Assembly: GCA_963765675.1 (NCBI GenBank)
Contig: CAVXXK010000014.1
Span: 64,001-128,000 of the forward strand
Direction of reading: 5' to 3'
DNA from: an uncultured delta proteobacterium
GTDB lineage: Bacteria; Desulfobacterota; Binatia; Binatales; Binataceae
DNA length: 64,000 nt
The translations under genes were made by a program, and so were the position numbers. Positions 49,844 to 58,827 of the stretch are shown here, piece by piece (position 1 is the first letter of the stretch; each line of letters starts with the position of its first letter). The notes under the pieces were generated by a model. The model was not told the DNA's origin. It was given only the letters and a program-made list of their open reading frames with translations, and made no database searches.

Positions 49844-51271
49844 TCACATGAGTGGTTCGATGAATCGCGCGACGGTTTCATCGAGTCGTTCCCACAATCC
49901 GCGATGTTTCCATTCCTCGAGCTCGATTTGCTTCGAGCTTTCCATGTCATTCTTGAACATCAGGTTCATTTCGTCGCCGAAAGAATGGCTCAAAACGATC
50001 GCGTTGATTTCGTTGTCGCGCGCGATGCTCCACCAATCGAGATTTGAAGAGCCTATGGTTGACCACACTCCGTCTATCGTTGCGGTCTTCGCATGCAGCA
50101 TCTTTCCCTGCCATTCATAGATCTTAACCCCGGCCTTGAGCAACGCATGGTAGTGCGAACGCTCGGCCGAGACGATCAATTCTTCGTCACTCTGGCTGGG
50201 GAGCAGCAACCGCACATCCACCCCACGCTGTGCGGCGTGCTCGAGCGCATGCAACATCTGATGATCCGGCGCGAAGTAAGCGTCGGTGATGTACACATTG
50301 GTTTCGGAATTGACTATTGCCGAGATCAAGGTCACGTAGATCAGGCTGAATTGTTCCGGCACGCTCGCGATGACCCGCACGATGTGATCGCCGCGTTCTT
50401 CCAAGTCAGGAAAGTAGTTACGCGGGGTGAGCGGGGGCCCCTTCTGGTAATACCACTCGCTGATGAATATCCGCTGGATTTCCGCCACCACCGGACCCTC
50501 GAGTTCGATATCCGTGTCGCGCCAATATTCCGGCGGTCCGTTGCCCCCGCGGCTGCTTGGCCCGCTGGCATAAACCTCCGAAATATTGATGCCGCCGGTG
50601 AAGGCGATGCGTCCGTCAACGATCAGCATTTTGCGATGGTTCCGGTGACTCAGGGTCCAAGGAAGTTTGGCCCTAAACGGATTCAGCGGACGGTACTCCA
50701 TCACCGAAATTCCATTTTGCCTCATCCGATCGAAAAAACTCGCCGAGGTTCCTAACGAGCCGATGCCGTCATAGGCGACGTTCACCTGCACCCCATGTTG
50801 CTGCCGTTCGATCAATGCGTCGGCAAACATCTGCCCGATCGGACCGTCGGAAAATGTAAACATCTCGATATTGATGTTGTCTTTGGCACCGTGAATAGCC
50901 GCAAGCATTGCGCTATAGGTCGCCCTGCCGTTTTCGAGGAGGATAGTTTTGTTGCCCACCACCAAAGGAACATCGCTGAGCGCCTGCTCGAAGGCGAGAT
51001 GACGTGCGAGAATATCGCTCGGCGTCTTTTGATGTTCCTTCAGCTTATCGATGATTTGTTGCCCTTGCTCTTCAGTCAGCGGCCCGTCAGCCCCGACAAA
51101 GTTCGAATTCTCGCGGTAGAGAGACTTCGAATGAATTAGTGCGCCGACGTCCGGTATAGTGCCGCAACCACTCAGAAGTCCTAGAGAAATCAATAGAAGT
51201 AAGAGACCGACCCCGACCTCCGGAGATACGTTGCGTTTTGGACGGAGCCGCCGATTAGCGAACCTAGTCAC
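49844..51271 (-). CDS. cls: Cardiolipin synthase / PLD-family protein with lipoprotein-like signal
   Basis: Two HKD motifs (HRKMLIVD, HAKTATID), WRDTD, AYFAPD; lipobox LSGC. Confidence 0.9.
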   Translation of the reverse strand: MTRFANRRLRPKRNVSPEVGVGLLLLLISLGLLSGCGTIPDVGALIHSKSLYRENSNFVGADGPLTEEQGQQIIDKLKEHQKTPSDILARHLAFEQALSDVPLVVGNKTILLENGRATYSAMLAAIHGAKDNINIEMFTFSDGPIGQMFADALIERQQHGVQVNVAYDGIGSLGTSASFFDRMRQNGISVMEYRPLNPFRAKLPWTLSHRNHRKMLIVDGRIAFTGGINISEVYASGPSSRGGNGPPEYWRDTDIELEGPVVAEIQRIFISEWYYQKGPPLTPRNYFPDLEERGDHIVRVIASVPEQFSLIYVTLISAIVNSETNVYITDAYFAPDHQMLHALEHAAQRGVDVRLLLPSQSDEELIVSAERSHYHALLKAGVKIYEWQGKMLHAKTATIDGVWSTIGSSNLDWWSIARDNEINAIVLSHSFGDEMNLMFKNDMESSKQIELEEWKHRGLWERLDETVARFIEPLM

Positions 51272-51560
51272 CTGCTGATGAGTGCTTCTTGACTTCGTAA
51301 CCGGTAGCGGCGCCGCCTAAACCTCCTGCGACCGCGCCGACAAGAGGATCGCCGACTGCGGCACCCATCAGGGCGCCCCCTGCGGCACCGCCAAGGCCTC
51401 CAACGGTAGCAGCGCTACTCTTGGAATCGGTTGTACTTCCGGCGATGGCGCCGACGCCCGCGCCGGTCGCACCTCCTGCCAGCAGAGCACATCCCGGCGC
51501 GAATACAATTGCCGCCGCGAATGTCGCGGCGACCCCGAGACGACATATTTTCGGAGCCAT
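51264..51560 (-). CDS. Small glycine-zipper lipoprotein
   Basis: Signal ending APGC, repeated GxxxGAxxG; overlaps cls start. Confidence 0.75.
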   Translation of the reverse strand: MAPKICRLGVAATFAAAIVFAPGCALLAGGATGAGVGAIAGSTTDSKSSAATVGGLGGAAGGALMGAAVGDPLVGAVAGGLGGAATGYEVKKHSSAGD

Positions 51561-51852
51561 GATGCAACAGATTCAGCCAATTTCGTGCCACTGGAAACCA
51601 CTGCGATTTTCATCCCCCAACGTCAGAAGATACAGGTGATCGGAAAGGCAGAATGTGAAAAAAATTCTCAGCACGATCCAAATTCCCAAGACTTATGCTG
51701 CTCGAAAATCTTGTGTTTCGAATCGATCGCGGCGCGTCTGGCCGATAATGCCAGAAGGCATTGTTATGTCCATAATAGGGAACAAGCGTCTCAACCGGCA
51801 GAACGCGGGAATTTGACGCACAGACCGGTTCGCGCGAGACTCTTTGACGCAA

Positions 51853-53538
51853 ATGGCATCACCACTCAATGTCTTGTTCATCACGGCCGATCAGTGGCGC
51901 GGTGATTGCCTTTCCGCGCTGAATCATCCCGTCGTCCGCACGCCGAATCTCGACGCGCTAGCAGCGCAAGGAGTGCTGTTCCGGAATCATTTTGCGAACA
52001 CCGCGCCATGCGGTCCGAGCCGTGCGTCGCTGCACACCGGGATGTACCTGCAGAATCATCGTTCCGCGACAAATGGTACTCCGCTGGATGCGCGTCATAC
52101 GAATTGGGCCAAAGAAGCGGCGGCGCACGGCTACGATCCCGTGCTGTTTGGCTATACCGACACCAGCCAGGATCCGCGCAGGCTCGCGGCGAATGATCCG
52201 TGGCTCAAGAGCTACGAGGGTCCGTTGCCCGGCATCCGGCCCGTATGTTTACTGCTCGGCGCTCCCGCGCCGTGGACCGACTGGCTGAAGGCGCAAGGAT
52301 TCGAAGTTCCCGCGAACATCAGTCTCGCGTATGGATACAGGTCGGAAGGTCCGGATTACGAAGATGGCGCGCCGTGTCCCAAGCCGCTCAAGTATCCGTC
52401 GGAGTATGACGACACCGCATTTTTGATTAGTCAGATTACTGAGTATATACGCAATTCGAAGGGACCCTTCGTTGCGCATCTATCGCTGCTCCGGCCGCAT
52501 CCTCCATGGGTTGCGCCCGAACCCTACAACGCACTATACGATCCTGCACTCGTTCCGGGATTCTCGCGCCGAACCACGGCGGACGATGAGGCAGGGCAGC
52601 ATCCGTGGCTCGCGTATCAGCTTTCGCGTCGGATATTTCGTGCGACTGAAAACGAGAAGCGGCTTCGTCGGCTCAAGGCGGTGTATTTCGGACTGATGAG
52701 CCGGGTTGACGCGGCGATAGGAAAGCTCATTCAGTTTTTGAAAGACAACGACCGCTGGGACTCGACGCTGATTATATTTACGTCGGATCATGGCGAGCAG
52801 ATGGGTGATCATTGGCTAATGGGAAAGGGTGGCTATTTCGACGCGTCTTACCATATCCCCTTAATCGTGCGCGATCCGCGGCCGCAGGCTGATGCGGCCA
52901 GAGGCGCGGTAGTTTCGTCGTTTACCGAGAACGTCGATATAATGCCGACACTGCTGGACGCGATCGGCGCCGAGATTCCGATTCAATGCGACGGGAATTC
53001 GCTTGCTCTCTTTCTTCAAGGTGGCAGCCAGAAGGACAAATGGCGCACGGAAGCGCATTGGGAGTACGACTTTCGCGATCCCGCCGACGACACCGCGGAG
53101 CGCGCACTCGGGCTGACGATGCATCAATGCATGATGAACATCATTAGGGGTGCGCGATACAAGTACGTACACTTCACGAAATTGCCGCCGCTGTTTTTCG
53201 ATCTCGAGACTGACCCGGGCGAGTTCGCAAATCTCGCCGAGTCGGCGCAGCATCAGCGATTGGTCCTGGAATATGCGCAGAAGATGCTCTCGTGGCGCAT
53301 GAACCACGACGAGCAGACGCTCACTCACATCGCGCTCGTCGAGCCCGTGCCCGATCGCGCGCCGCGCCCCACGTTACTGAGCAATAGATTATTAGAGCGT
53401 CTCTTCCTCAGGCATGGGATGCTGGTGTCTGAGCGCAATGTAACACAGCACTTCGTCATGCGGCACGAGCCCCGCGATTTCCAGGATGAGCCGGTCCCGA
53501 GCGACGTCGACGAGCTATCCGGACTGGCAAGCCGATGA
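51853..53538 (+). CDS. Sulfatase-family phosphonate monoester hydrolase/phosphodiesterase (PMH-like); C-terminus after ~53340 is read-through
   Basis: TADQWR, CGPSRASLHTG, LFGYTDT, RPHPP, TSDHGEQMGDHW..GK, WEYDFRD, YKYVHF..LPPL. Confidence 0.85.
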   Translation: MASPLNVLFITADQWRGDCLSALNHPVVRTPNLDALAAQGVLFRNHFANTAPCGPSRASLHTGMYLQNHRSATNGTPLDARHTNWAKEAAAHGYDPVLFGYTDTSQDPRRLAANDPWLKSYEGPLPGIRPVCLLLGAPAPWTDWLKAQGFEVPANISLAYGYRSEGPDYEDGAPCPKPLKYPSEYDDTAFLISQITEYIRNSKGPFVAHLSLLRPHPPWVAPEPYNALYDPALVPGFSRRTTADDEAGQHPWLAYQLSRRIFRATENEKRLRRLKAVYFGLMSRVDAAIGKLIQFLKDNDRWDSTLIIFTSDHGEQMGDHWLMGKGGYFDASYHIPLIVRDPRPQADAARGAVVSSFTENVDIMPTLLDAIGAEIPIQCDGNSLALFLQGGSQKDKWRTEAHWEYDFRDPADDTAERALGLTMHQCMMNIIRGARYKYVHFTKLPPLFFDLETDPGEFANLAESAQHQRLVLEYAQKMLSWRMNHDEQTLTHIALVEPVPDRAPRPTLLSNRLLERLFLRHGMLVSERNVTQHFVMRHEPRDFQDEPVPSDVDELSGLASR

Positions 53539-53870
53539 TCCCACCTAAAGTCGACATAGTACTGCCGAACGAGAGCAGTGTCGCGCGATTTTCGCCCTCG
53601 ATCACCTCGTTGTACCAAGCGAATCCCATCGGGCCGGCGACCCCCGCAACAAACGTGGCGAACATGATCGCGCCGAGTGCGAGCCAGATATGCGCGCTGC
53701 GAGTCCGGCAACGATCAGTTTAGAGGCTTCGGCTGAGGCTACGATGCTCATCGCGCACTCATACGTGCATGGCAATGATAATCGCGACAGAACCCAGCCA
53801 CTGCGCCGACGGAGTGTGAAAATAATATATAAGATTCCAGGCCTGTCAACAGTCGCTACAGAGCGCGGAT
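53415..53870 (-). pseudogene. Collapsed MFS transporter remnant
   Basis: Clean core IWLALGAIMFA...WYNEVIEGENRATLLSFGST...LGGIIGLP (about 53690-53525) with indel-riddled flanks; most of the protein is absent. Confidence 0.6.
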
Positions 53871-53905
53871 TCACGCTGCGGAGGAATGACGCATCGGCAT
53901 AGCGA

Positions 53906-54725
53906 CTACGGATGCTCGCCGTTGCGCTAAGCGCGACTCGATCGCGTCGAGGGAGGGTTCGCAATCGGCGACGGTGTCGATCACCTAGTGCGCGCCGGCG
54001 CCGGTCAGTTGCGCGCGAGCGTGCTCGATACGAGAGGCCTTCTCGGCTGATGAGAGTGTGGCGAAATCCTCGGACGACAGGCCAACCAGGTTGCCTGTCC
54101 GGGCGACGCCAATCGTCCATACGCCCGCGCGCAATCCTTCTTCGATATCGACGACGGTGTCGCCAATTTTCACGATCGCCACGAGCGGTTCGACCTTAAG
54201 CTGGATGGCGTTGGCAAAGATCATCCATGGAAAGGGTCGACCAGCGCCGACTTCATCGGGAGTGACTGAACAATCAGGTTTGTAGCCTTGCCTGGCGGCG
54301 GGGTCGAGGATCAAGTCCAGCATCGCTCGAGTGTAGCCGGTGGTACTGCCGATCTTGATCCCTCGATGGCGAAGGCGCGCGATCGTTTCCGCGACTCCAT
54401 CGATCACGCCGGAGTGCGCGACGATAGTCTCGAGCTGCAGTGGTACAAAATCGGTGAACAGCGCTTCGACGTCGGCTTCTCCGGGTTCGTGGCCGCACGC
54501 TTTGCGCCATCGGGCCGCGACGCTCTGCTGACGTAGTATTTTTCTGATGTGATCTTTTTTCAAGACACCCATGTCGCGCCGCGCGTCTTCCTCGGAGATT
54601 GGTACGCCGCGCCGTGCGAATACTTGTTGCAGAACTCGCACCGGCGCGAGGCTGCCGTGATCAACAGTCGTTCCCGCCCAATCGAAGATGACTGCCTTCA
54701 CCGGTCCGGAATACACGGTCTTCAT
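53906..54725 (-). CDS. phnX: Phosphonoacetaldehyde hydrolase (phosphonatase); in-frame TAG at 53985-53987 and a later indel
   Basis: FDWAGTTVDHGSLAP, MGVLKKDHIR, GSTTGY, GRPFPWM, KIGDT; AGAH*VIDTVAD...GEHP* continues past the amber codon. Confidence 0.88.
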
Positions 54726-55866
54726 TAGATATACATCTCGCGAGTCATCTGTTCCGCCAAACCGAATGACAACGTCATGCCCGAGCCGCCAACTGCCGTG
54801 ACGATACGCACGCCGGACGCAGCATCAATCGCGACATAAGATTTTCCGGATGCTTTGCGTACACGCCGTACCATCGCTCGGCGATCGAGAGATCGGGCGC
54901 GAGCAGGAATCTGCGCACGTCGCGCATCACGAGTTCGTCGATTTCAGTTTTGTTGAAGATATCGACCGCGAGGCCATATTCGTGGGAGTCGCCGAGCGTG
55001 AGAGCGCCATCGGCGGTTTGTGAAACCAGAGTGTGTATTGCCCAACGGTCATACTCAGCCCGCTCACGCGCGACTCTCTCTTTATATTTAGGCAGCGTCG
55101 TGGTGCAGATTTCGAATGCGGGATAGAACCTCAGCGTAAGCCCCGCGGCCAAAGACGGCCCAAGCTGCCATCCACCTTTCTGCGGCGCGGTGCGCATCAT
55201 CTGCAGCTTGCATCGATCGATTCCTCTGGTCGCGAAGAGATCGGGATAGAGAGTTTCGAAATCATCGCCGCTGCAAACGAATACCTGATTGGCATGCCAT
55301 GACTCCGCGCCGGCTTCGATGACCGGCAACTGGATCGATCGCACCGCGGTGCCAAAGCGGAACTGGACGCCATATTTCTCAGTGAGAAAAGCCGGTAGCT
55401 GTCCGAGAATCTGGCGCGGATCGACGGTCATCTCGGCAGAGCTCCAGATTCCGCCCAGCAATCCGTCGGGATTCACAGCATGGCTTTTCCGCAGAACGGC
55501 TTCGACAGGCAACCAGGTGCAGGCGTAACCGAATCCCGGAGCGCGTTCACAGAACTCGTGCGCGACCTCAGCTTCGTCAGGATGATAAACCACGTGGAGC
55601 GAACCGGTCGGAAGATATGGCAGGCCCGCTTCGTCAAGAATTTCCTGCCAGATCTGGCGGCTACGCATCGCCATCTGATGAACCGCGCCAGCCCGCTGTC
55701 CGATCGGCCAGATCATTCCGAAGTTACGTACCGACGCGCCCTGCGCTTTGGGTGAGCGCTCAAAGACCACGACTGAGCGTCCGCGTTTCGCCGCGAAGTA
55801 TGCATGCGCGAGGCCGAGTATACCTGCACCAACGATCGCCACATCCGCTGATCGAGTTGCACTCAC
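54725..55866 (-). CDS. TIGR03364-family FAD-dependent aminophosphonate oxidoreductase; 1-nt deletion in a homopolymer near 54843
   Basis: VGAGILGLAHA, GASVRNFGM, CKLQMMRT, LGDSHEYG; restoring one A gives ...GGSGMTLSFGLAE and a TAATG overlap with phnX. Confidence 0.87.
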
Positions 55867-55868
55867 GG

Positions 55869-57098
55869 TTACGGATTCGGCGCGGGGTGCATGCGGACCG
55901 GCAGATGCTTGATGCCGTTGATGAAGTTAGAGCGCAGCCGCTTGACCTCACCGATTCTCTGGATCGATCGCACCCGCCGCGTCAGCTCCTCTAGCAGTAT
56001 GTTGATCTCCATCCGGGCGAGATTGGCGCCGAGGCAGTAGTGAGCGCCGCCACCGCCGAAGGCTACATGCTCGTTGGGTGAACGCGTGATGTCGAACTTG
56101 AACGGATCGGCGAAGACCTCCTCGTCGCGATTGGCGGAAATGTACCAGAGACTGACTTTGTCACCAGACTTGATCTGCTGACCTCTGATTTCTGTATCGC
56201 GCGTGACGTTGCGCCGGAAATACATCACCGGCGATGCCCAGCGCAGGATCTCTTCGGTCGCGCCAGGCACCAGCGTCGGTTTCTCGCTAAGCATCCCGTA
56301 CTGATCGGCGTGATCGATGAGCGTGTTCACGCCGTGCGCCAGCGCGTTGCGCGTGGTCTCATTGCCGGCGACTGCGAGCAGCAGAAAAAAGAGATTGAAA
56401 TCCATCTCCGACAGGCGGTCGCCGGCGATTTCGGCGCCCAGCAGCGCGGTTACGATATCGTCGCGCGGCTCCTCGCGACGCTTCGCCGCTAACGCTCCCG
56501 AGTACATGAACATCTCGATCGCCGCGCCGCGTGCGAGTTCCTCGCTGACGGCATACTCCGGATCGCGGCTTCCGATCATGCGATTGCTCCACTCGAATAG
56601 CTTGTGGCGATCCTCGAAGGGCACTCCGAGCAACTGCGCGATCACCTGCAGCGGCAGCTCGGCGGCGACCTCGAGTACGAAATCGCACTCGCGCTTTGCG
56701 ATCGCGCGATCGAGGATCGTGCCGACTGCGGTCCGGATACCCTGCGCCAGCGCGCCGATCATGCGCGGGGTGAAGCCGCGATTGACCAGCGAACGGTAGC
56801 GAGTGTGATCCGGCGGATCCATCGTGAGCATCATGCGGCCTTCCGAAGCCAAGTCGGAACCGGGCGGAAGATCCTCCAGCGCCGTCACTCCGCCAAGCTG
56901 CTGCTCTGAGGAGTAGGTTTCGGAATCGCGATTCACCGCAACCACGTCGTCATAGCGGGTGATGACCCAGAAGCCGCGGCCGCCAGGCTCGGGATGCTTG
57001 AAGACAGGAGCGTTATGGCGCAGATAAGTGAACCATTCGTCAGGCACGCGCGGCACGAAACGGTCCGGGTTCAATAAATCGATCTCGGATAGGTTCAT
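55869..57098 (-). CDS. Cytochrome P450 (CYP125/CYP142-like)
   Basis: MDPPDHTRYR, AGNETT, EILR, FGGGGAHYCLG, RLRSNFINGIK. Confidence 0.93.
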   Translation of the reverse strand: MNLSEIDLLNPDRFVPRVPDEWFTYLRHNAPVFKHPEPGGRGFWVITRYDDVVAVNRDSETYSSEQQLGGVTALEDLPPGSDLASEGRMMLTMDPPDHTRYRSLVNRGFTPRMIGALAQGIRTAVGTILDRAIAKRECDFVLEVAAELPLQVIAQLLGVPFEDRHKLFEWSNRMIGSRDPEYAVSEELARGAAIEMFMYSGALAAKRREEPRDDIVTALLGAEIAGDRLSEMDFNLFFLLLAVAGNETTRNALAHGVNTLIDHADQYGMLSEKPTLVPGATEEILRWASPVMYFRRNVTRDTEIRGQQIKSGDKVSLWYISANRDEEVFADPFKFDITRSPNEHVAFGGGGAHYCLGANLARMEINILLEELTRRVRSIQRIGEVKRLRSNFINGIKHLPVRMHPAPNP

Positions 57099-57160
57099 TT
57101 ACGCGCTCCCAGAGGAGTTGAATTTCGTGAGCTGGGGATTCGCTCAGCCGTTCCCTCGGG

Positions 57161-58393
57161 TCATTTCTGATCGCGTGCGACGGCCACGCCCATTTCGATC
57201 AGGCGTTCGGCCTGCTGCTCGCTGTAGCCCGCTTCCCTAAGGATCTCCCGCGTGTGCATCGCGAAGCTGGGCGGAGGCTGCGGAGCGCGCTTGGGACTCT
57301 CGGCTACGAAGATCGGGCTGTCGACAGTCTCAATACGGCCGACGCCCGGGTAGTCGAAGTCGATGATTGCGCCGCAGTCGCGCATCTGCTGATCGCCCAC
57401 CGCTTCTTCGAGCGTCGGCAGCGGCGACCATTTTATATCGTGCTCGCGAAACAATTGGCGCCATTCGCTGAGCGGTTTGGCTTCGAATTGCGATTGCAGG
57501 ATCGCGTAGAGCACCGCGGCATTTTCCTTTCGGGCTTCAAACGTCGCGAACAGCGGATTGGTTGCAAGCTCGGACTCGCCGAGCGCGCGGCACAAGCGCG
57601 GGAACTCGCGCTCGGGATCGAGCAGGGCAATGATCATCGCGTGACGGTCGCTGCTCGGATAGCCGGCGATGAGCGGATTGATCGGACGATCGCCCGGCTT
57701 GCGTTCGGGAAATCGAGCGCCGCAGAGCTTGGCCTGGATGTCCACGCTGTTCGCCCACGCGCCCGCCGCCATCAGCGATGTGCTGACCTTCGATCCAAGG
57801 CCGGTGCGCTCGCGCCGGTAGAGCGCGAGCATGACCGCGGCAAACAGAGTCATCGCCGTGGGATGATCGCCCATCGCGGGCCGCGCACTGGCTGGAGTGC
57901 CGTCGGCGCCGGTGACCGTGGCCATCAATCCGGAGCGCGCCCAGTAGGCCAGGCCGTCGAAGGACGGCGAGTCCGCATCCTCGCCGCGCTCGCCGTATCC
58001 GGTTATTTGCGCATAGATGAGCCGCGGGTTTGCTGCGCGCAGATCGTCCCAAGTAATTCGAAATTTCTTGAGAAGCGAAATCTGGTAGTTCGTGACAAAC
58101 ACATCCGCGCCGGCGACGAGCGTTAGAAGCGCGTCGCGTCCCGCGGCCTGCGAGAGGTCGAGCGCGATGCTGCGCTTGTTGCGGTTGGTGAGCAGCCATG
58201 TGTAGCTGAGCTCGGAATTCGGATAGCCGGGCGTTTGTGGAAAGGTGCGCCACAAGTCGCCCTCGGGCGGCCGCTCGATTTTTATTACGTCCGCGCCGAA
58301 GTCGGACATCACCGTGGCCGAGGCTGGTCCGGCCACGTAAGTCGCACAGTCAATTACCTTGAGGCCCGAAAGAGGGCTGTCGTTCGCGTTCAT
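57161..58393 (-). CDS. CaiB/BaiF family III CoA-transferase
   Basis: PLSGLKVID, DFGADVIKIE, NRNKRSIALDL, NPRLIYAQITGYG, MGD; ATG at 58393 with GAGG RBS. Confidence 0.92.
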   Translation of the reverse strand: MNANDSPLSGLKVIDCATYVAGPASATVMSDFGADVIKIERPPEGDLWRTFPQTPGYPNSELSYTWLLTNRNKRSIALDLSQAAGRDALLTLVAGADVFVTNYQISLLKKFRITWDDLRAANPRLIYAQITGYGERGEDADSPSFDGLAYWARSGLMATVTGADGTPASARPAMGDHPTAMTLFAAVMLALYRRERTGLGSKVSTSLMAAGAWANSVDIQAKLCGARFPERKPGDRPINPLIAGYPSSDRHAMIIALLDPEREFPRLCRALGESELATNPLFATFEARKENAAVLYAILQSQFEAKPLSEWRQLFREHDIKWSPLPTLEEAVGDQQMRDCGAIIDFDYPGVGRIETVDSPIFVAESPKRAPQPPPSFAMHTREILREAGYSEQQAERLIEMGVAVARDQK

Positions 58394-58470
58394 AGTTTTT
58401 CGCCTCACTCGTCCGGCGGTTATCACTCCAATAACTGCTGGAAGCGGGCGGTCGATGTCAATCGCGCAGT

Positions 58471-58815
58471 TTAATCTTTGGCCAGGTGAAACTTGTGCAG
58501 AAAACGATGCAGCACCGGCGTGAGCAGAATTCCGACGATCGCGATGAGCGCGAGTCCGCTGTAGAGCGCATACAGTGACGCGAAAATTTTCCCGGCATTG
58601 GTTTTGATCGTATCGACCGGTCCCATGCCGCCGAGAATCATCGATGCGTTGAGCAGCGAATCGATCCAGCGCAGACCGCCGAGATAATGGTAGCCGCAAA
58701 TGCCGACTGCAAGGGAGCTCGCGACGACTGCGGCTGCGACGGTGGTCCATCGCGCGAACCGTAAAAGGAACAGACGCATCGGCAGCAATCTCTCGTGACT
58801 CCGTTCGAACCGCAT
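58471..58815 (-). CDS. Small two-TM membrane protein, potassium-channel-pore-like
   Basis: TM - WIDSLLNASMILGGMGP - GKIFASLYAL TM; GAGGA RBS. Confidence 0.7.
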   Translation of the reverse strand: MRFERSHERLLPMRLFLLRFARWTTVAAAVVASSLAVGICGYHYLGGLRWIDSLLNASMILGGMGPVDTIKTNAGKIFASLYALYSGLALIAIVGILLTPVLHRFLHKFHLAKD

Positions 58816-58827
58816 CGAACGCGATCC

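Noticed and set aside
49662-49847. 61-aa minus-strand ORF between cls and the methyltransferase
   Set aside because: Possibly a gene remnant, but no recognisable family or RBS.
53985-53987. Amber codon in phnX as pyrrolysine or stop-codon reassignment
   Set aside because: It replaces a conserved Tyr by one base change, lies in an indel-rich tract, and TAG ends other genes normally in this window.
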